A stretch of 64,000 nt of DNA from Candidatus Micrarchaeota archaeon (GCA_016207165.1 JACQQD010000011.1:32001-96000), one strand, 5' to 3'; shown: positions 48,033-58,388, counted from the stretch's first letter. The notes: generated by a model not told the origin, from the sequence alone. A program made the numbers and translations.

Positions 48033-48343
48033 ATTTGACGCTGGAAATGCAGAAAGCGCTCTCCGAAACGCACTTGGACGAATACGGCTACACCGCCGCC
48101 CAAGTGCTCTACGACTTGGAAAAGCTTTCCGACCGCGAAACCCACGTCGACGGCTCCAACGCCAACGACGCACTCCATGCGTCGCGTTGCCTGCGGCGCA
48201 TGGCCGCCGACCCCAGAACAGCGGCCCGCTTTGCCGAACTCTTGTCCAAAGCGTTCACGGACGACGACGAACCCCACGCCAAAACCTGGGTCGTCCTGGA
48301 AGCCGCCCGCCGCTTCGAAGGCCAAGGAAAAAAAGGACTCTGA
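48029..48343 (+). CDS. Hypothetical protein (104 aa) inside the ATPase operon
   Basis: ATGA overlap with the atpB stop; host-like codon usage. Confidence 0.6.
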   Translation: MNLTLEMQKALSETHLDEYGYTAAQVLYDLEKLSDRETHVDGSNANDALHASRCLRRMAADPRTAARFAELLSKAFTDDDEPHAKTWVVLEAARRFEGQGKKGL

Positions 48344-48459
48344 AAAAAAACACCAAACCAGAAGACAAAAAGAAAAAAAACCAAAAAAAAATCAAGAAAA
48401 GTAGAAGAATTAATCAAATGGGAAAAAACGAAATTCAGGACGGAAAATAGTGGAACGTA

Positions 48460-48585
48460 ATGGCTAAAGAAAACGTCAAACCGACTAGAATGGAACTTCT
48501 CAACACGGTCGCCCCAGGGGGAAGCGTCCCCCTTGGCCCGCCCTGGGCCTCGACCCCCTCAAACGGAGTGAAAAGTCATGGCTAA
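48460..48585 (+). repeat. Recoded duplicate of the first 16 atpD codons fused to a GC hairpin; 41-aa ORF
   Basis: 48460-48507 versus 48578-48625: same peptide MAKENVKPTRMELLNT with only synonymous differences. Confidence 0.9.
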
Positions 48586-49261
48586 AGAAAACGTCAAGCC
48601 CACCCGCATGGAACTTCTCAACACGAAAGGCAAGCTCAAGCTCGCCGAAAAAGGCCACAAGCTCCTCAAACAGAAGCGCGACGCCCTGGTATTGGAGTTC
48701 TTCCAAGTCATCAAGAAAGCCAAAGACTTACGAACCCTTGTCGACGAACAACTCATCGCCGCCTACCGGGCCTTGGCCGTAGCCGAAGCCATGCACTCCA
48801 GGCTTTTCTTGGAGACGGCGGCGGTGGCCGCCCACGAAGCACCCAGCATTTCCGTGTCCCAGCAGAACATTATGGGCGTGCGCATCCCCAAAATCCAGGG
48901 CCAAGCCATCCAACGCAACATTTTGGAGCGCGGCTACAGCCTGCAAGGAAGTTCCGCTGGATTTGACGAAGCCGTGGACGCCTTCGAGAAATCCGTGGCC
49001 ATGATCATCCAACTCGCGGAAACGGAGTCCGCGCTCAAAAAACTGTTGACGGAAATCGAGAAAACCAACCGCCGGGTCAACGCATTGGAGTACAACATCC
49101 AACCCTCCATGAAAGCCACCATGAAGGAAATCCAAGGACACCTCAACCGCTTGGAAGCCGAGTTGTTCTTTTCCCTGAAAGTCACCAAACGAAGACTGGA
49201 ACGCAAGGCGGAAGCCGAAGAAGAAAAAGGCAGAGCCGCCGACAAAGCCCAAACCGGCTAA
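48578..49261 (+). CDS. atpD: A-type ATP synthase subunit D
   Basis: PTRMELL, GHKLLKQKRDAL, EIEKTNRRVNALE. Confidence 0.96.
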   Translation: MAKENVKPTRMELLNTKGKLKLAEKGHKLLKQKRDALVLEFFQVIKKAKDLRTLVDEQLIAAYRALAVAEAMHSRLFLETAAVAAHEAPSISVSQQNIMGVRIPKIQGQAIQRNILERGYSLQGSSAGFDEAVDAFEKSVAMIIQLAETESALKKLLTEIEKTNRRVNALEYNIQPSMKATMKEIQGHLNRLEAELFFSLKVTKRRLERKAEAEEEKGRAADKAQTG

Positions 49262-50307
49262 CCCAACGTCTTCTGCCCCTGCGCATCCACGAACCCGCTT
49301 ACCCGGACGCCCACCAACCGCACCTTTTTCCCAGCCAACAACGGCAACAACAAGGATTTCGCCGTGCTTGTGACGATATCCAAGGACTGGCTCAAGCGGA
49401 CGGTTTTCGACCGCACCAGAGTCGTGAAATCCGAGAACCGCAGCTTGACGCCCACCGTCTTGAAAAACACGCCTTCATTCTTCACGTCCCGCAAGACCCG
49501 CTCCGACAACCCGTATACGGTCTGGACCACGTCCACGGCGTTGGCGGTGTCCTGGTAAAACGTGTGTTCGCGGGAAACGGATTTCGCCCGCCACGCCTCC
49601 GACAACTCGGCACCGGACTTGCCCCACGCCAAATCACGGAAATAAAACCCGGACACCCCCAAGTGCTCCACCAAAGTTCGAACCGGCGTCTTGGCCAAGT
49701 CGCCAATGGTTCGCACGCCCACCTGCTCCAAACGCGCCGCGGTCTTCTTTCCAATGCCGGAAAGCGTGTCCACGGAAAGCGGCCACACCCGCGCCTCAAG
49801 TTCACTGGGCCGAAGAACAGTCAAACCATCCGGCTTTTTCAAGGAAGTGGCCAGTTTCGCCAACGCCTTGTTCCACGCGATGCCCACGGAACACGTCAAC
49901 CCCTCCTCTTCCAGAATGCGGGCCTTAAGCTGCCGCCCCAACGCCTCGGCCTCCAAAAAAGAGCGGCCACTTAAGTCCAAGTACAACTCGTCCACGCTCA
50001 CCGGCTGGGCCTTCGCCGAAAAACACGACGCCAGATTCATGATGCGGCGGGAAACGGCGCCGTAATGCCGGAAATCAACAGGCAGGAAAACGGCGTCCGG
50101 GCACGCAAAAAACGCCCGGGAAATGGGCATGGCCGAATGAACGCCAAATTTTCGTGCTTCGTAGTTGGCGGTGGACACCACGCCCCGGCCCCGTCCACGT
50201 CGAGGATCCGCGCCGACGATCACCGGCTTTCCCCGAATTTCGGGATAACGCAACTCTTCGACTTGCGCGAAAAAACAATCCATGTCCAAATGCAGAATAA
50301 CCGACAT
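49258..50307 (-). CDS. dinB: DNA polymerase IV (Y family)
   Basis: HLDMDCFFAQVE, YEARKFGVHSAMP, SVDE, LAKLA...KPDG, VRLVGV. Confidence 0.95.
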   Translation of the reverse strand: MSVILHLDMDCFFAQVEELRYPEIRGKPVIVGADPRRGRGRGVVSTANYEARKFGVHSAMPISRAFFACPDAVFLPVDFRHYGAVSRRIMNLASCFSAKAQPVSVDELYLDLSGRSFLEAEALGRQLKARILEEEGLTCSVGIAWNKALAKLATSLKKPDGLTVLRPSELEARVWPLSVDTLSGIGKKTAARLEQVGVRTIGDLAKTPVRTLVEHLGVSGFYFRDLAWGKSGAELSEAWRAKSVSREHTFYQDTANAVDVVQTVYGLSERVLRDVKNEGVFFKTVGVKLRFSDFTTLVRSKTVRLSQSLDIVTSTAKSLLLPLLAGKKVRLVGVRVSGFVDAQGQKTLG

Positions 50308-50350
50308 ACCGGTCTGGCCCTCCCGCCCATCAACGGGAAAACACGGCAAT

Positions 50351-50442
50351 ACAGTAAACCACGAAAGTTTCCCGACAAAATAGTCGTGGTTTACTGTCTA
50401 GCAAACCCCGCCTATTCGTTGTGAAATTTGCGGGGTTTGCTA
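50351..50442. repeat. Double-hairpin element, copy A (47-nt hairpin, C, 44-nt hairpin)
   Basis: ACAGTAAACCACGA/TCGTGGTTTACTGT and TAGCAAACCCCGC/GCGGGGTTTGCTA; homologous to 58297-58388 in inverted orientation. Confidence 0.85.
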
Positions 50443-50539
50443 TAAAAGCGGCGGCAGACCTGCTGGCCGGTGACCCGCGCAAAAGCGTTTTTAACGCGGA
50501 AAACCAGGAACTCTTCAAAACAAATCCAGTGAAAACTTT

Positions 50540-52183
50540 ATGCCGCAAGGAAAGCGTTTGGCTGTTGTCAACCAAGACTTGTGCAAACCCGACCAATGCC
50601 AGTTGGAATGCATTGAAGTCTGCCCCGTCAACAAACTCAACCAGGAATGCATTGTCTTGTCGGATAACCGAAAACTGGCCGTCATTTCCGCCCCGCTGTG
50701 CACCGGCTGCGGCTTGTGCATCAAGAAATGCCCGTTCCACGCCATCGACATCGTCAACCTCGTCGCGCCCGTGGAAGATTTGCTGGTGTACTCCTACGGA
50801 GAAAACAGCTTCAAATTGTATGGCTTGGCGCTACCCAACAAGGGCGTGTACGGCATGCTGGGCGACAACGGGTGTGGGAAAAGCACGAACATCAAGCTGC
50901 TCAACCGCACGTTGGACATCCAGCGAATGCCCGTCAAGGAATGGCAGAACTTTTTCACGGAAAAAAAATCGTTGGTCGTCAAACCCCAGGAATTGGTGTC
51001 CGCCCACTTGGGCAACGTCGGCAAACTTCTGGAAAAAATCGGGGGCCCACGGCTTGACGAACTCAAGGACGCGTTGGACCTCGAATCGCTTTGGACCAGG
51101 GACTTTGAAGAGCTATCCGGAGGCGAACTGCAGCGCGTCATGGTGGCGGCGGCGTTGTGCAAGAAAACCGGGGCGTACTTGTTGGATGAACCCTTCGCGT
51201 TTTTGGATTACGCCTACCGCATTAAACTCGTCGAGTACCTCCGCACCAAATTCCAAGACCAACACGTCCTCTTGGTAGACCACGACTTGTCGCTTCTAAG
51301 CTATGCCTGCAACCAGACGTACATCTTGTACGGCGAACCCGGCGTGTACGGAATCGTTTCCCAACCGTATTCCACCGACCGAGCCATCCACATGTTCCTG
51401 GAAGGCTTCCTGGAAGGGGAAAACGTGCGCTTCCGCGATGAGCCCGTCAAGTTCAAGACCGGCGCCGAAGAAAAACACGTCGAAAAAAACGTTTCCCTTC
51501 CATCCGCCCAAATCACGCGGGGCACCTTCACGGTTTCCAATCCTTCCGACGTGCCGCTTCACGCCGGCGAAATCGTGGCCCTGGTGGGAAGAAACGGCAC
51601 AGGTAAAAGCACGCTGGCCGCGCATTTCGCGGAGAAACTCGGCGGGTCGCTTAAACCCCAGCTCTTGGAGCGCTCCGACGACTTGGTGCTCGGCGTTCTC
51701 CGCACCGACACGCCGTTCCAGCAACGCTTCATCCACGACATGAACCTCAAAAAACAAGAGTTCTTCACCTTCAACCAGCTCAGTGGAGGCGAACTCCAGA
51801 AAGTCCGCGTGTTTGAAGCCCTCGCAAAGGACGCGCCGCTTTACGTAGTGGACGAGCCGACCAACATGATGGACGTGAAAGGCCGCGTCATGCTGTCAAG
51901 GCTGTTACGCGAAAAAGCCAGGGAAGGCGGCTCGATTCTTTTAATCGACCACGACCTGGAATTCGTTTTGAACACCGCCCACCGCCTCATGATCCTGGAA
52001 GGCGAACCCGCCAAAAACGGCCGCGTCGCCGGCGTCTACCCCAAAATGGAGGGGATTGCAAAGTTGTTGAAAGAATTCGGCTTGACGTATCGCCGGGACC
52101 AAAAGACGGACCGCCTCAAGCTGAACAAGGCCGGCTCCGTAAAAGACAGGCAATTGAAGGAATCCGGCCGATTCGTGGAATAA
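50540..52183 (+). CDS. rli: Ribosome recycling ATPase ABCE1/RLI
   Basis: N-terminal 2x[4Fe-4S] cysteines, YGENSFKL, two ABC domains (LSGGELQ), KLNK.GS.KDR. Confidence 0.93.
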   Translation: MPQGKRLAVVNQDLCKPDQCQLECIEVCPVNKLNQECIVLSDNRKLAVISAPLCTGCGLCIKKCPFHAIDIVNLVAPVEDLLVYSYGENSFKLYGLALPNKGVYGMLGDNGCGKSTNIKLLNRTLDIQRMPVKEWQNFFTEKKSLVVKPQELVSAHLGNVGKLLEKIGGPRLDELKDALDLESLWTRDFEELSGGELQRVMVAAALCKKTGAYLLDEPFAFLDYAYRIKLVEYLRTKFQDQHVLLVDHDLSLLSYACNQTYILYGEPGVYGIVSQPYSTDRAIHMFLEGFLEGENVRFRDEPVKFKTGAEEKHVEKNVSLPSAQITRGTFTVSNPSDVPLHAGEIVALVGRNGTGKSTLAAHFAEKLGGSLKPQLLERSDDLVLGVLRTDTPFQQRFIHDMNLKKQEFFTFNQLSGGELQKVRVFEALAKDAPLYVVDEPTNMMDVKGRVMLSRLLREKAREGGSILLIDHDLEFVLNTAHRLMILEGEPAKNGRVAGVYPKMEGIAKLLKEFGLTYRRDQKTDRLKLNKAGSVKDRQLKESGRFVE

Positions 52184-52198
52184 AAAAAATGCGGGGCG

Positions 52199-52762
52199 TT
52201 AGGTCGTAACCTTCAACACGATTTGTTGGCCGTCCCGAAGCAACAATTCGCCGAACTGGTCTGAAGCCGACCCGTCCACCGTCATTTCAACACGACCGCA
52301 GTACTGGCCCACGCATTTCGCGTCCAAGCGCGTGCCCCACACCGCGAAAAAGTTGCCCAACGTGTAATCCCGCGTGTCCGGAGACTCCACGTGAATCACG
52401 CCGTCCGGCTCATGCGTATGCAGGGGCTCGTGGCGCACGCCGATGCCGATGTTCACTGGAATGGGCACCGGTTTTCCATCCACGAAGATTTCCAGTTGCG
52501 AGTGCCAATGAATCGGGGCGTTGGACAACTTGGGCGGGTACGAAACCGCCCCGGCACCCGAACCGCCTTGCGAAAACAAGTACAGCATGCCGCCGGACAA
52601 GACCACCAAAACCACCAACACCAACACTTTTCCTTTGTGCTTTTTGAAGTCCAAAAACGGTTTTTTTGGCGCGACGTAATGCTTGGCGTTTTCGTGGTCC
52701 CGCAACGCATCCGCGGATTTGAAGGCGCCGCCACAATCCGTGCACCGGTGTTCGTCCGTCAT
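52199..52762 (-). CDS. C2H2-finger membrane protein with a His-rich extracellular domain
   Basis: CTDCG..F.....LRDHENAKH, one TM, HWH...LHTHEPDGVIHVE. Confidence 0.75.
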   Translation of the reverse strand: MTDEHRCTDCGGAFKSADALRDHENAKHYVAPKKPFLDFKKHKGKVLVLVVLVVLSGGMLYLFSQGGSGAGAVSYPPKLSNAPIHWHSQLEIFVDGKPVPIPVNIGIGVRHEPLHTHEPDGVIHVESPDTRDYTLGNFFAVWGTRLDAKCVGQYCGRVEMTVDGSASDQFGELLLRDGQQIVLKVTT

Positions 52763-52769
52763 GTGGCAA

Positions 52770-53015
52770 CTACCTCAGGCTTGAAAACCAAAGCGAACCC
52801 GTCTTTCCGTTCTCGCACACCGCCGTGCACGGCCCCGCCACCGGCCCATCCTGGTCGGAAACAAACCACGCCGGCACGGCTTGACCCTTCTCCAAAGATA
52901 CTTCCGACGAGAACAATGCGCCGGATTGCGGTTGAAGCCCTTGAGACAACTTGAACGCGGCAAACGAGGCCACCACCAAGCCTAAGACCACCAAAACCAA
53001 GACAATCTTCTTCAT
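52770..53015 (-). CDS. Small exported hypothetical protein
   Basis: Signal peptide MKKIVLVLVVLG; GGAG SD upstream. Confidence 0.5.
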   Translation of the reverse strand: MKKIVLVLVVLGLVVASFAAFKLSQGLQPQSGALFSSEVSLEKGQAVPAWFVSDQDGPVAGPCTAVCENGKTGSLWFSSLR

Positions 53016-53545
53016 GTGCGTTTCTCCTCCTTGACTTGACACGACGCGCAAGCGCCGTTGACTTTACCCGAAAAAAAGTAAAGCGACGACAGCGTCAGGC
53101 CCCCGCCCGCCAACAAAAACGCGTCGCGGTGCTCCAACAAGAACAGCGTGGCGCCGGAACCCAAAAACGAGAACACGCCGGCCAGGCACCCCGCGCACGC
53201 CGCCGTGGAATACAAGCCCGAAAAAAATCCCGGCACCAATCCCGCGGCCGCCGCGCCCGTGGCGTGGCGGTCCTGCGTCAACACGTAATGCATCATGGCG
53301 ACCAACAACCCCATGCCCGCCGAGTACGCCGCCAACAACGCGTACGTCCACCACGGCGCGATGGCCAGCCAGAATTCCAACGTGTTGCCGGGAATGGTGA
53401 ACACCGGAACCAAGACGTACAGCACGGCGAACAAAACAGCGGAACCCGCCGCCAAAGCCTGCCGCGTCTCGTCCAAAAACACGGTGGCCAACGCCAGTCG
53501 AACGGAACGCCACGCCTCACGCAATGACTTCACCAGCAAAATCAA
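53012..53545 (-). CDS. Membrane protein with CxxC motifs
   Basis: Four TM segments, ACAGC and a C-terminal CASC. Confidence 0.75.
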   Translation of the reverse strand: MILLVKSLREAWRSVRLALATVFLDETRQALAAGSAVLFAVLYVLVPVFTIPGNTLEFWLAIAPWWTYALLAAYSAGMGLLVAMMHYVLTQDRHATGAAAAGLVPGFFSGLYSTAACAGCLAGVFSFLGSGATLFLLEHRDAFLLAGGGLTLSSLYFFSGKVNGACASCQVKEEKRT

Positions 53546-54339
53546 CCCGAAAGCTCCGCATCAATGGCCTGCGTGATGACGGCATACGGTTGCGCACCGA
53601 CAATGGCCAAGCCGTTGACGAAAAACGTGGGCGTGCCGGACACGCCGACTTTCACGCCGTCGGCGAAGTCCTGTTGCACGGCTTGCGTATACTTGCCGGA
53701 ATCAAAGCACTCGTTGAACGTCGCGGCGTTCAAGCCGAGTTCCTCCGCCCATTTTTTGTCAAAAGGCACGTCCACGGTGCCTGGGCCCAGCTTGTCCTGT
53801 TCGGCGAAAATCTTGTCATGCATCTCGAAATAGTTGCCTTGGTCTCCAGCACACCGCGCCGCCTCCGCGTACACCGGCGCGTTGGGGTGGAACGACAGCG
53901 GGAAGTCCTTGAAAATGAAGCGCACCTTTCCGGCGTCCACGTAATCCTTGAAAAGGGAGGGAATGACTTCGTTGAACGATTTTCGGCAGAACGGGCACTG
54001 GTAATCCGAAAACTCGACCACGGTCACTTTCGCATCCGACTTTCCACGCCCAGCGGCAAACGAGCCCAACACAGTAGCCACGTCAGCGGCAGGAAGGGCC
54101 GTGGGTTGCGGAGCCGCCGGCGCCAGGGCCGCCGAACCGCCTCCGGAAATTTGGATGGCGGAAAGGCCCTTAGCCAGGGTGCCGGAAGCGGAAATGAAGG
54201 CGAACGACAAAATCAGGGAGGAAACCACGACGGAAACCGCCAACACGTACAAGGCCTTTGAACCGGAATCGCTCCGGGGATGCGAAGAAGGATGCGCGTG
54301 CGAAGCATGCGTGGACTCGTGTTCCGTCAAGAAAACCAC
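53542..54339 (-). CDS. DsbA-family thiol-disulfide oxidoreductase
   Basis: EFSDYQCPFC, FPLSFHPNA, GVSGTPTFFVNG. Confidence 0.92.
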   Translation of the reverse strand: MVFLTEHESTHASHAHPSSHPRSDSGSKALYVLAVSVVVSSLILSFAFISASGTLAKGLSAIQISGGGSAALAPAAPQPTALPAADVATVLGSFAAGRGKSDAKVTVVEFSDYQCPFCRKSFNEVIPSLFKDYVDAGKVRFIFKDFPLSFHPNAPVYAEAARCAGDQGNYFEMHDKIFAEQDKLGPGTVDVPFDKKWAEELGLNAATFNECFDSGKYTQAVQQDFADGVKVGVSGTPTFFVNGLAIVGAQPYAVITQAIDAELSG

Positions 54340-54424
54340 CGGTTCCTAATGTAACCTTTTTGTAACATTGCGCGGACCGCGCATTTAAATCTTTCGGGCT
54401 CCGAAGCCTTGCAGGTGGTTTTGC

Positions 54425-54736
54425 ATGGATTACACGAACGCCTTCACGCAAGGGTTGGTGTTGTTGGCGTCACTGGGTTTTCTGGCGGCGGTGTACTACA
54501 CGTACCGCTTGTCGCAGGAAACCAAGGGCGAAAAGTATTGGACGTTTTTTTTGGTCGCCGCCTTGGCGCTGGCCATGCCGTACTGGCTCTCCGTCCCCCA
54601 CGACTTGAACCTCATCCCCACGGGCACCACCACGGCGATTGGGGAAGTCGCCGCCATCGCCGGTGCGCTCAGCCTGGCGTACGCCTCGCACGGCCTTTAC
54701 CAGACCATGAAACGCATCAGAAAACGCGTGGAGTGA
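54425..54736 (+). CDS. Small membrane protein (3 TM)
   Basis: Hydrophobic 103-aa ORF. Confidence 0.65.
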   Translation: MDYTNAFTQGLVLLASLGFLAAVYYTYRLSQETKGEKYWTFFLVAALALAMPYWLSVPHDLNLIPTGTTTAIGEVAAIAGALSLAYASHGLYQTMKRIRKRVE

Positions 54737-54740
54737 TGGC

Positions 54741-55016
54741 GTGCAGAACAAGTCCATCCTGTTTTACTGGAGCCGAGGCGCGGAGGTACGCCGAAAAATA
54801 CTGAGGCTCGTCCACCACGCCAACCAGAAAAACAAGCCCGCGTTTCTTAACGCGTTGGCCAAGACGCTCAAACTCTCGCACGTCGCCGTCAAAAAACACG
54901 TGGACTTGTTGCTCGAAGAAGGCTTTTTGGAGGAAGTCAACCCCGGCGGCAAGCCCATTTATCTTCGGCTCTCCAAAAACGGTGCAACCGTTTTAAGCGA
55001 GTTTTCCAAGAATTGA
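54741..55016 (+). CDS. Winged-HTH (ArsR-like) regulator
   Basis: RGAEVRRKIL...LAKTLKLSHVAVKKHVDLLLEEGFL. Confidence 0.75.
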   Translation: MQNKSILFYWSRGAEVRRKILRLVHHANQKNKPAFLNALAKTLKLSHVAVKKHVDLLLEEGFLEEVNPGGKPIYLRLSKNGATVLSEFSKN

Positions 55017-55019
55017 TGT

Positions 55020-55334
55020 ATGGACGTCAAACTGTACCACACGCAAACCTGCCACATCTGGTCGAAGGCACTGGAAGAACTGAAAAAGGCGTTTGCGGAA
55101 TCCGGCGTCCGCGTTGAAATCAAAACCATCGTCGTGAACACGCAAGAAGAAGCCGAACAACACCGTTTTTTGGGTTCGCCCACCCTGCACGTCAACGGAC
55201 GGGACGTGGACCCCATGGCTGAAAAAATGACGCGGTACGGGTTGTCGGCGTGCCGAACCTACTGGTGGAAAGGCAAATCCTTCGAGTACCCACCCGAAGA
55301 AATGGTCTTGCAGGCGCTGAAAACGGAAACGTAG
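55020..55334 (+). CDS. Thioredoxin-fold protein (DUF2703/alkylmercury-lyase-associated type)
   Basis: CHIW, FLGSPTLHVNGRDV, ACRTY. Confidence 0.7.
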   Translation: MDVKLYHTQTCHIWSKALEELKKAFAESGVRVEIKTIVVNTQEEAEQHRFLGSPTLHVNGRDVDPMAEKMTRYGLSACRTYWWKGKSFEYPPEEMVLQALKTET

Positions 55335-55350
55335 CGGGCCCGACCCCGTT

Positions 55351-55740
55351 TCACTTGGCGGCATCCACCATTTGTCGAAGTTCCTTCGCCGCCGGCTCCG
55401 CTTTTTCCTTGGAAATCTCCGGGAAAAACTCGGAAACCATGGCCGGGTTCATGCCGGCAATGACGGTCTTTCCATCCTTTTCAAACACGTTGATCTTGCA
55501 CGGCATGCACAAGGACACGAAACGGTTCCGGTTCAAAAACTCGTTTCCGTATTTTCCGGAGCAAATCTCGATGATTTTCAGCGGTTTCTGCTGGAAGCCT
55601 TTGGCGGCCAACCGCTCGGCCACATCGTACACTCCAAACACGGTCCAACCCGCTTTTTCCACGGCACTTAAAACGGAGACCGTGGCCTCGTCCACGCTTT
55701 TCCGGGTTTCAACGGCGTACATGAAGTCGTCTGGATTCAT
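55351..55740 (-). CDS. DUF302 family protein
   Basis: GWTVFGVYDV...IIEIC...MPCKINV. Confidence 0.8.
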   Translation of the reverse strand: MNPDDFMYAVETRKSVDEATVSVLSAVEKAGWTVFGVYDVAERLAAKGFQQKPLKIIEICSGKYGNEFLNRNRFVSLCMPCKINVFEKDGKTVIAGMNPAMVSEFFPEISKEKAEPAAKELRQMVDAAK

Positions 55741-55835
55741 TTTCAACCACCTTCAGCGTTTCCTTTTTACATGAACGTCCCGTGCTATAAGGCCGGACGG
55801 TTTCGCCGCGTCACCCACTCTTACCGTAAAAAAAC

Positions 55836-58052
55836 TCAGGAATGAACCGGCTTCACGTTTTTTAGCGGCGGCTTGTACAGCTTCATCAAGGCCGCGTTGG
55901 AAGTCACCGAAACGCTGGAAAGGGCCATGGCCAGGCCCGCGATGGCCGGATTCAAAAGAAAGCCGGTGAAGGGATAAAGAAGTCCGGCAGCCACGGGAAT
56001 GCCGATCACGTTGTAACCGAAGGCCCAGAACAGGTTCTCCTTGATTTTCCGCATGGTAAAACGCGACAAGTCAATAGCGGTGACCACGTCGCGCACGTCG
56101 CTTTTAACCAGTACGATGTCCCCGGTTTCAATGGCTACATCCGTTCCACCGCCCATGGCGATGCCCAAGTCCGCGGCGGCCAAAGCCGGCGAGTCGTTGA
56201 TGCCGTCGCCTACCATGGCCACGGTCCGGCCCTTTTTCTGGAGGGCCCGCACGTTTTTCTCCTTGTCCTTGGGCAACACTTCCGCCAGGACGTTGTCAAT
56301 GCCGAGTTGACGGGCAATCGCGTTCGCGGTCCGGGAATTGTCGCCGGTAATCATGTACACATCCAAACCCATGCGCTGCAAGCGCTTGACGGCTTCCTTG
56401 GAACCGTCCTTGAGCGTGTCGGCCACCGCCAAAAGGCCGGCGAACCGCCCAGCCATCCAAACGGTGACTACGGTCTTGCCCTCGTTTTCCCACGCGTGCT
56501 TTTGTTTTTCGGCGGCGGCGGGCAGCTTTTTTCCCGCCAGGGATGCGGTGCCCACCGCGACTTTTTTTCCTTGAACCGACGCCGTGACGCCCTTTCCGGC
56601 CACGGCGTGGAACGCGGAGGCTTTCTTCAACGATATCTTTTGCTTCTTGGCGGCCTGGACGATGGCTTGAGCCAAAGGATGTTCGGAAAGCGATTCCACG
56701 GACGCCGCCTTCTCCAAGAGGATGCGCTCGGAAACACCTTTTTCAGTCCAAACGTCGGTTAACGCGGGCTCTCCCCGCGTCAGCGTGCCGGTCTTGTCAA
56801 ACACGATGGCGTCCAGCCTCCGCGTTTCCTGGAGGGCTTTGGCCGTTTTGAACAGGATGCCGTTTTGCGCCCCAAGACCGGTTCCCACCATGATGGCGGT
56901 GGGCGTGGCCAAACCCAACGCGCACGGGCACGCGATCAATAAAACGGCCATGAAGGCGGAAAGAGCGAACTCGAAGGGCTGTCCTGCGGCGAAAAACCAG
57001 TAACCAAACACCAGAAACGCGAACACCGACACCGCCGGAACGAACACGGAGCTGACTTTGTCCACGAGTTCCTGGATGGGGGCTTTTCGGCCTTGGGCTT
57101 CTTCAACCAACTTGATGATTTGCGCCAACAGCGTCTCGCTTCCCACCTTGGTGGCCTTGCAGGTGAGGCTGCCCTGCTTGTTGATGCTGGCGCCAATGAC
57201 GGAATCGCCTTTTTTCTTGTGAACAGGCATGCTCTCGCCGGTCACCATGCTTTCGTCCACCGCGCTGTCCCCGGAAAAAACGACGCCGTCCACGGGAATT
57301 TTTTCGCCGGGCCGAACTAGAAAGACGTCGCCGACTTTCAGCGACTCAATGGGCACCGTGACTTGGCGGCCGTTTTTGATCAGCGTGGCCGTCTTGGGCT
57401 GCAAACCCATGAGTTTCTTGATGGCTTCCGACGTCTTTCCCTTGGCGATGGCTTCCAACCATTTTCCCAAAACGATGAAAGTCAGTACGAACGTGCCGAC
57501 TTCGTAGTACAAGTCGCCTTTGAAGCCCAGGGTAGTCATCAGGCTGTAGAGGTACGCCGCGCCTACGCCGATGGCCACCAGGCTGTCCATGGTCGGGGAC
57601 TTGTTCAGGATGCCGCGGACTCCACGGATGAAGATGACGCGGTTGACCCACATGACGGGAGTCGCCAACGCGAACTGAATCCAGGCGGAATACGCTTCAA
57701 ACCACTCCGGCAATGGAAGAAAAATCCATTCCAAGTGCTCGAAAAAAAGGACCAAAAGCGGGATGCTTAACGCCAGGGAAAACAGGAAGCGGAAGCGGTA
57801 CTCGGCCATCTCGCGTTCTTGGACTTGCTCGGAAGACTCGCTTTCAACCCACGGTTCGGCGTCGTAGCCCGCGTCCACCACGGCGTCGCGAAGGACGTCC
57901 AAGGCCACGGATTCCCCGTGTTGCACCACGGCTTTTTCGTTGGAAAGCGAAACTTCCGCGGTTTTGACCCCCGGAACCTTTTCAAGCGCCTTCTGCACCA
58001 GGTTCTGGCAGTGCGGGGAACTCATGCCAATGACGTGCAGTACGGTCTTCAC
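55836..58052 (-). CDS. copA: Cu(I)-translocating P1B ATPase
   Basis: N-terminal HMA domain, [30 protein letters not shown]...MALSS. Confidence 0.96.
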   Translation of the reverse strand: MKTVLHVIGMSSPHCQNLVQKALEKVPGVKTAEVSLSNEKAVVQHGESVALDVLRDAVVDAGYDAEPWVESESSEQVQEREMAEYRFRFLFSLALSIPLLVLFFEHLEWIFLPLPEWFEAYSAWIQFALATPVMWVNRVIFIRGVRGILNKSPTMDSLVAIGVGAAYLYSLMTTLGFKGDLYYEVGTFVLTFIVLGKWLEAIAKGKTSEAIKKLMGLQPKTATLIKNGRQVTVPIESLKVGDVFLVRPGEKIPVDGVVFSGDSAVDESMVTGESMPVHKKKGDSVIGASINKQGSLTCKATKVGSETLLAQIIKLVEEAQGRKAPIQELVDKVSSVFVPAVSVFAFLVFGYWFFAAGQPFEFALSAFMAVLLIACPCALGLATPTAIMVGTGLGAQNGILFKTAKALQETRRLDAIVFDKTGTLTRGEPALTDVWTEKGVSERILLEKAASVESLSEHPLAQAIVQAAKKQKISLKKASAFHAVAGKGVTASVQGKKVAVGTASLAGKKLPAAAEKQKHAWENEGKTVVTVWMAGRFAGLLAVADTLKDGSKEAVKRLQRMGLDVYMITGDNSRTANAIARQLGIDNVLAEVLPKDKEKNVRALQKKGRTVAMVGDGINDSPALAAADLGIAMGGGTDVAIETGDIVLVKSDVRDVVTAIDLSRFTMRKIKENLFWAFGYNVIGIPVAAGLLYPFTGFLLNPAIAGLAMALSSVSVTSNAALMKLYKPPLKNVKPVHS

Positions 58053-58064
58053 GATTCAAACGCC

Positions 58065-58271
58065 TTAGGCCAGCTGGTAGCCGGAATTCTTGACGGCGTC
58101 ACGCAACTGGGCCGCCCCCAGCGTCTTGGGGTCGTATTCGACGTCCATTTTGCCGGTCGCGTAATTGACCTGGCAATTCGACACGCCCGGCATTTTGGAT
58201 ACGTTTTTCTGGATCGTGGCCGCACAGGACGCGCAATGCATGCCGCGCACGTCGAACTTGGTCTTGACCAT
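58065..58271 (-). CDS. copZ: Copper chaperone (HMA domain)
   Basis: GMHCASC. Confidence 0.9.
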   Translation of the reverse strand: MVKTKFDVRGMHCASCAATIQKNVSKMPGVSNCQVNYATGKMDVEYDPKTLGAAQLRDAVKNSGYQLA

Positions 58272-58296
58272 ACCATGCACCTCTTGAAACCGAATA

Positions 58297-58388
58297 TAGC
58301 AAACCTCGAAAGTCTCGCAAGACTTGAGAGCCGTTTGCTAGATAGTCGTTCACGACTATTTCGTCGTCTTATTTTCGTGGACGACTAT
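58297..58388. repeat. Double-hairpin element, copy B (inverted relative to copy A)
   Basis: TAGCAAAC...GTTTGCTA (44 nt) and ATAGTCGTTCACGA/TCGTGGACGACTAT (47 nt). Confidence 0.85.

Noticed and set aside
50463-50473. CTGGCCGGTGA resembling the TA-flanking repeat
   Set aside because: Only 11 bp and GC-rich, so plausibly chance.
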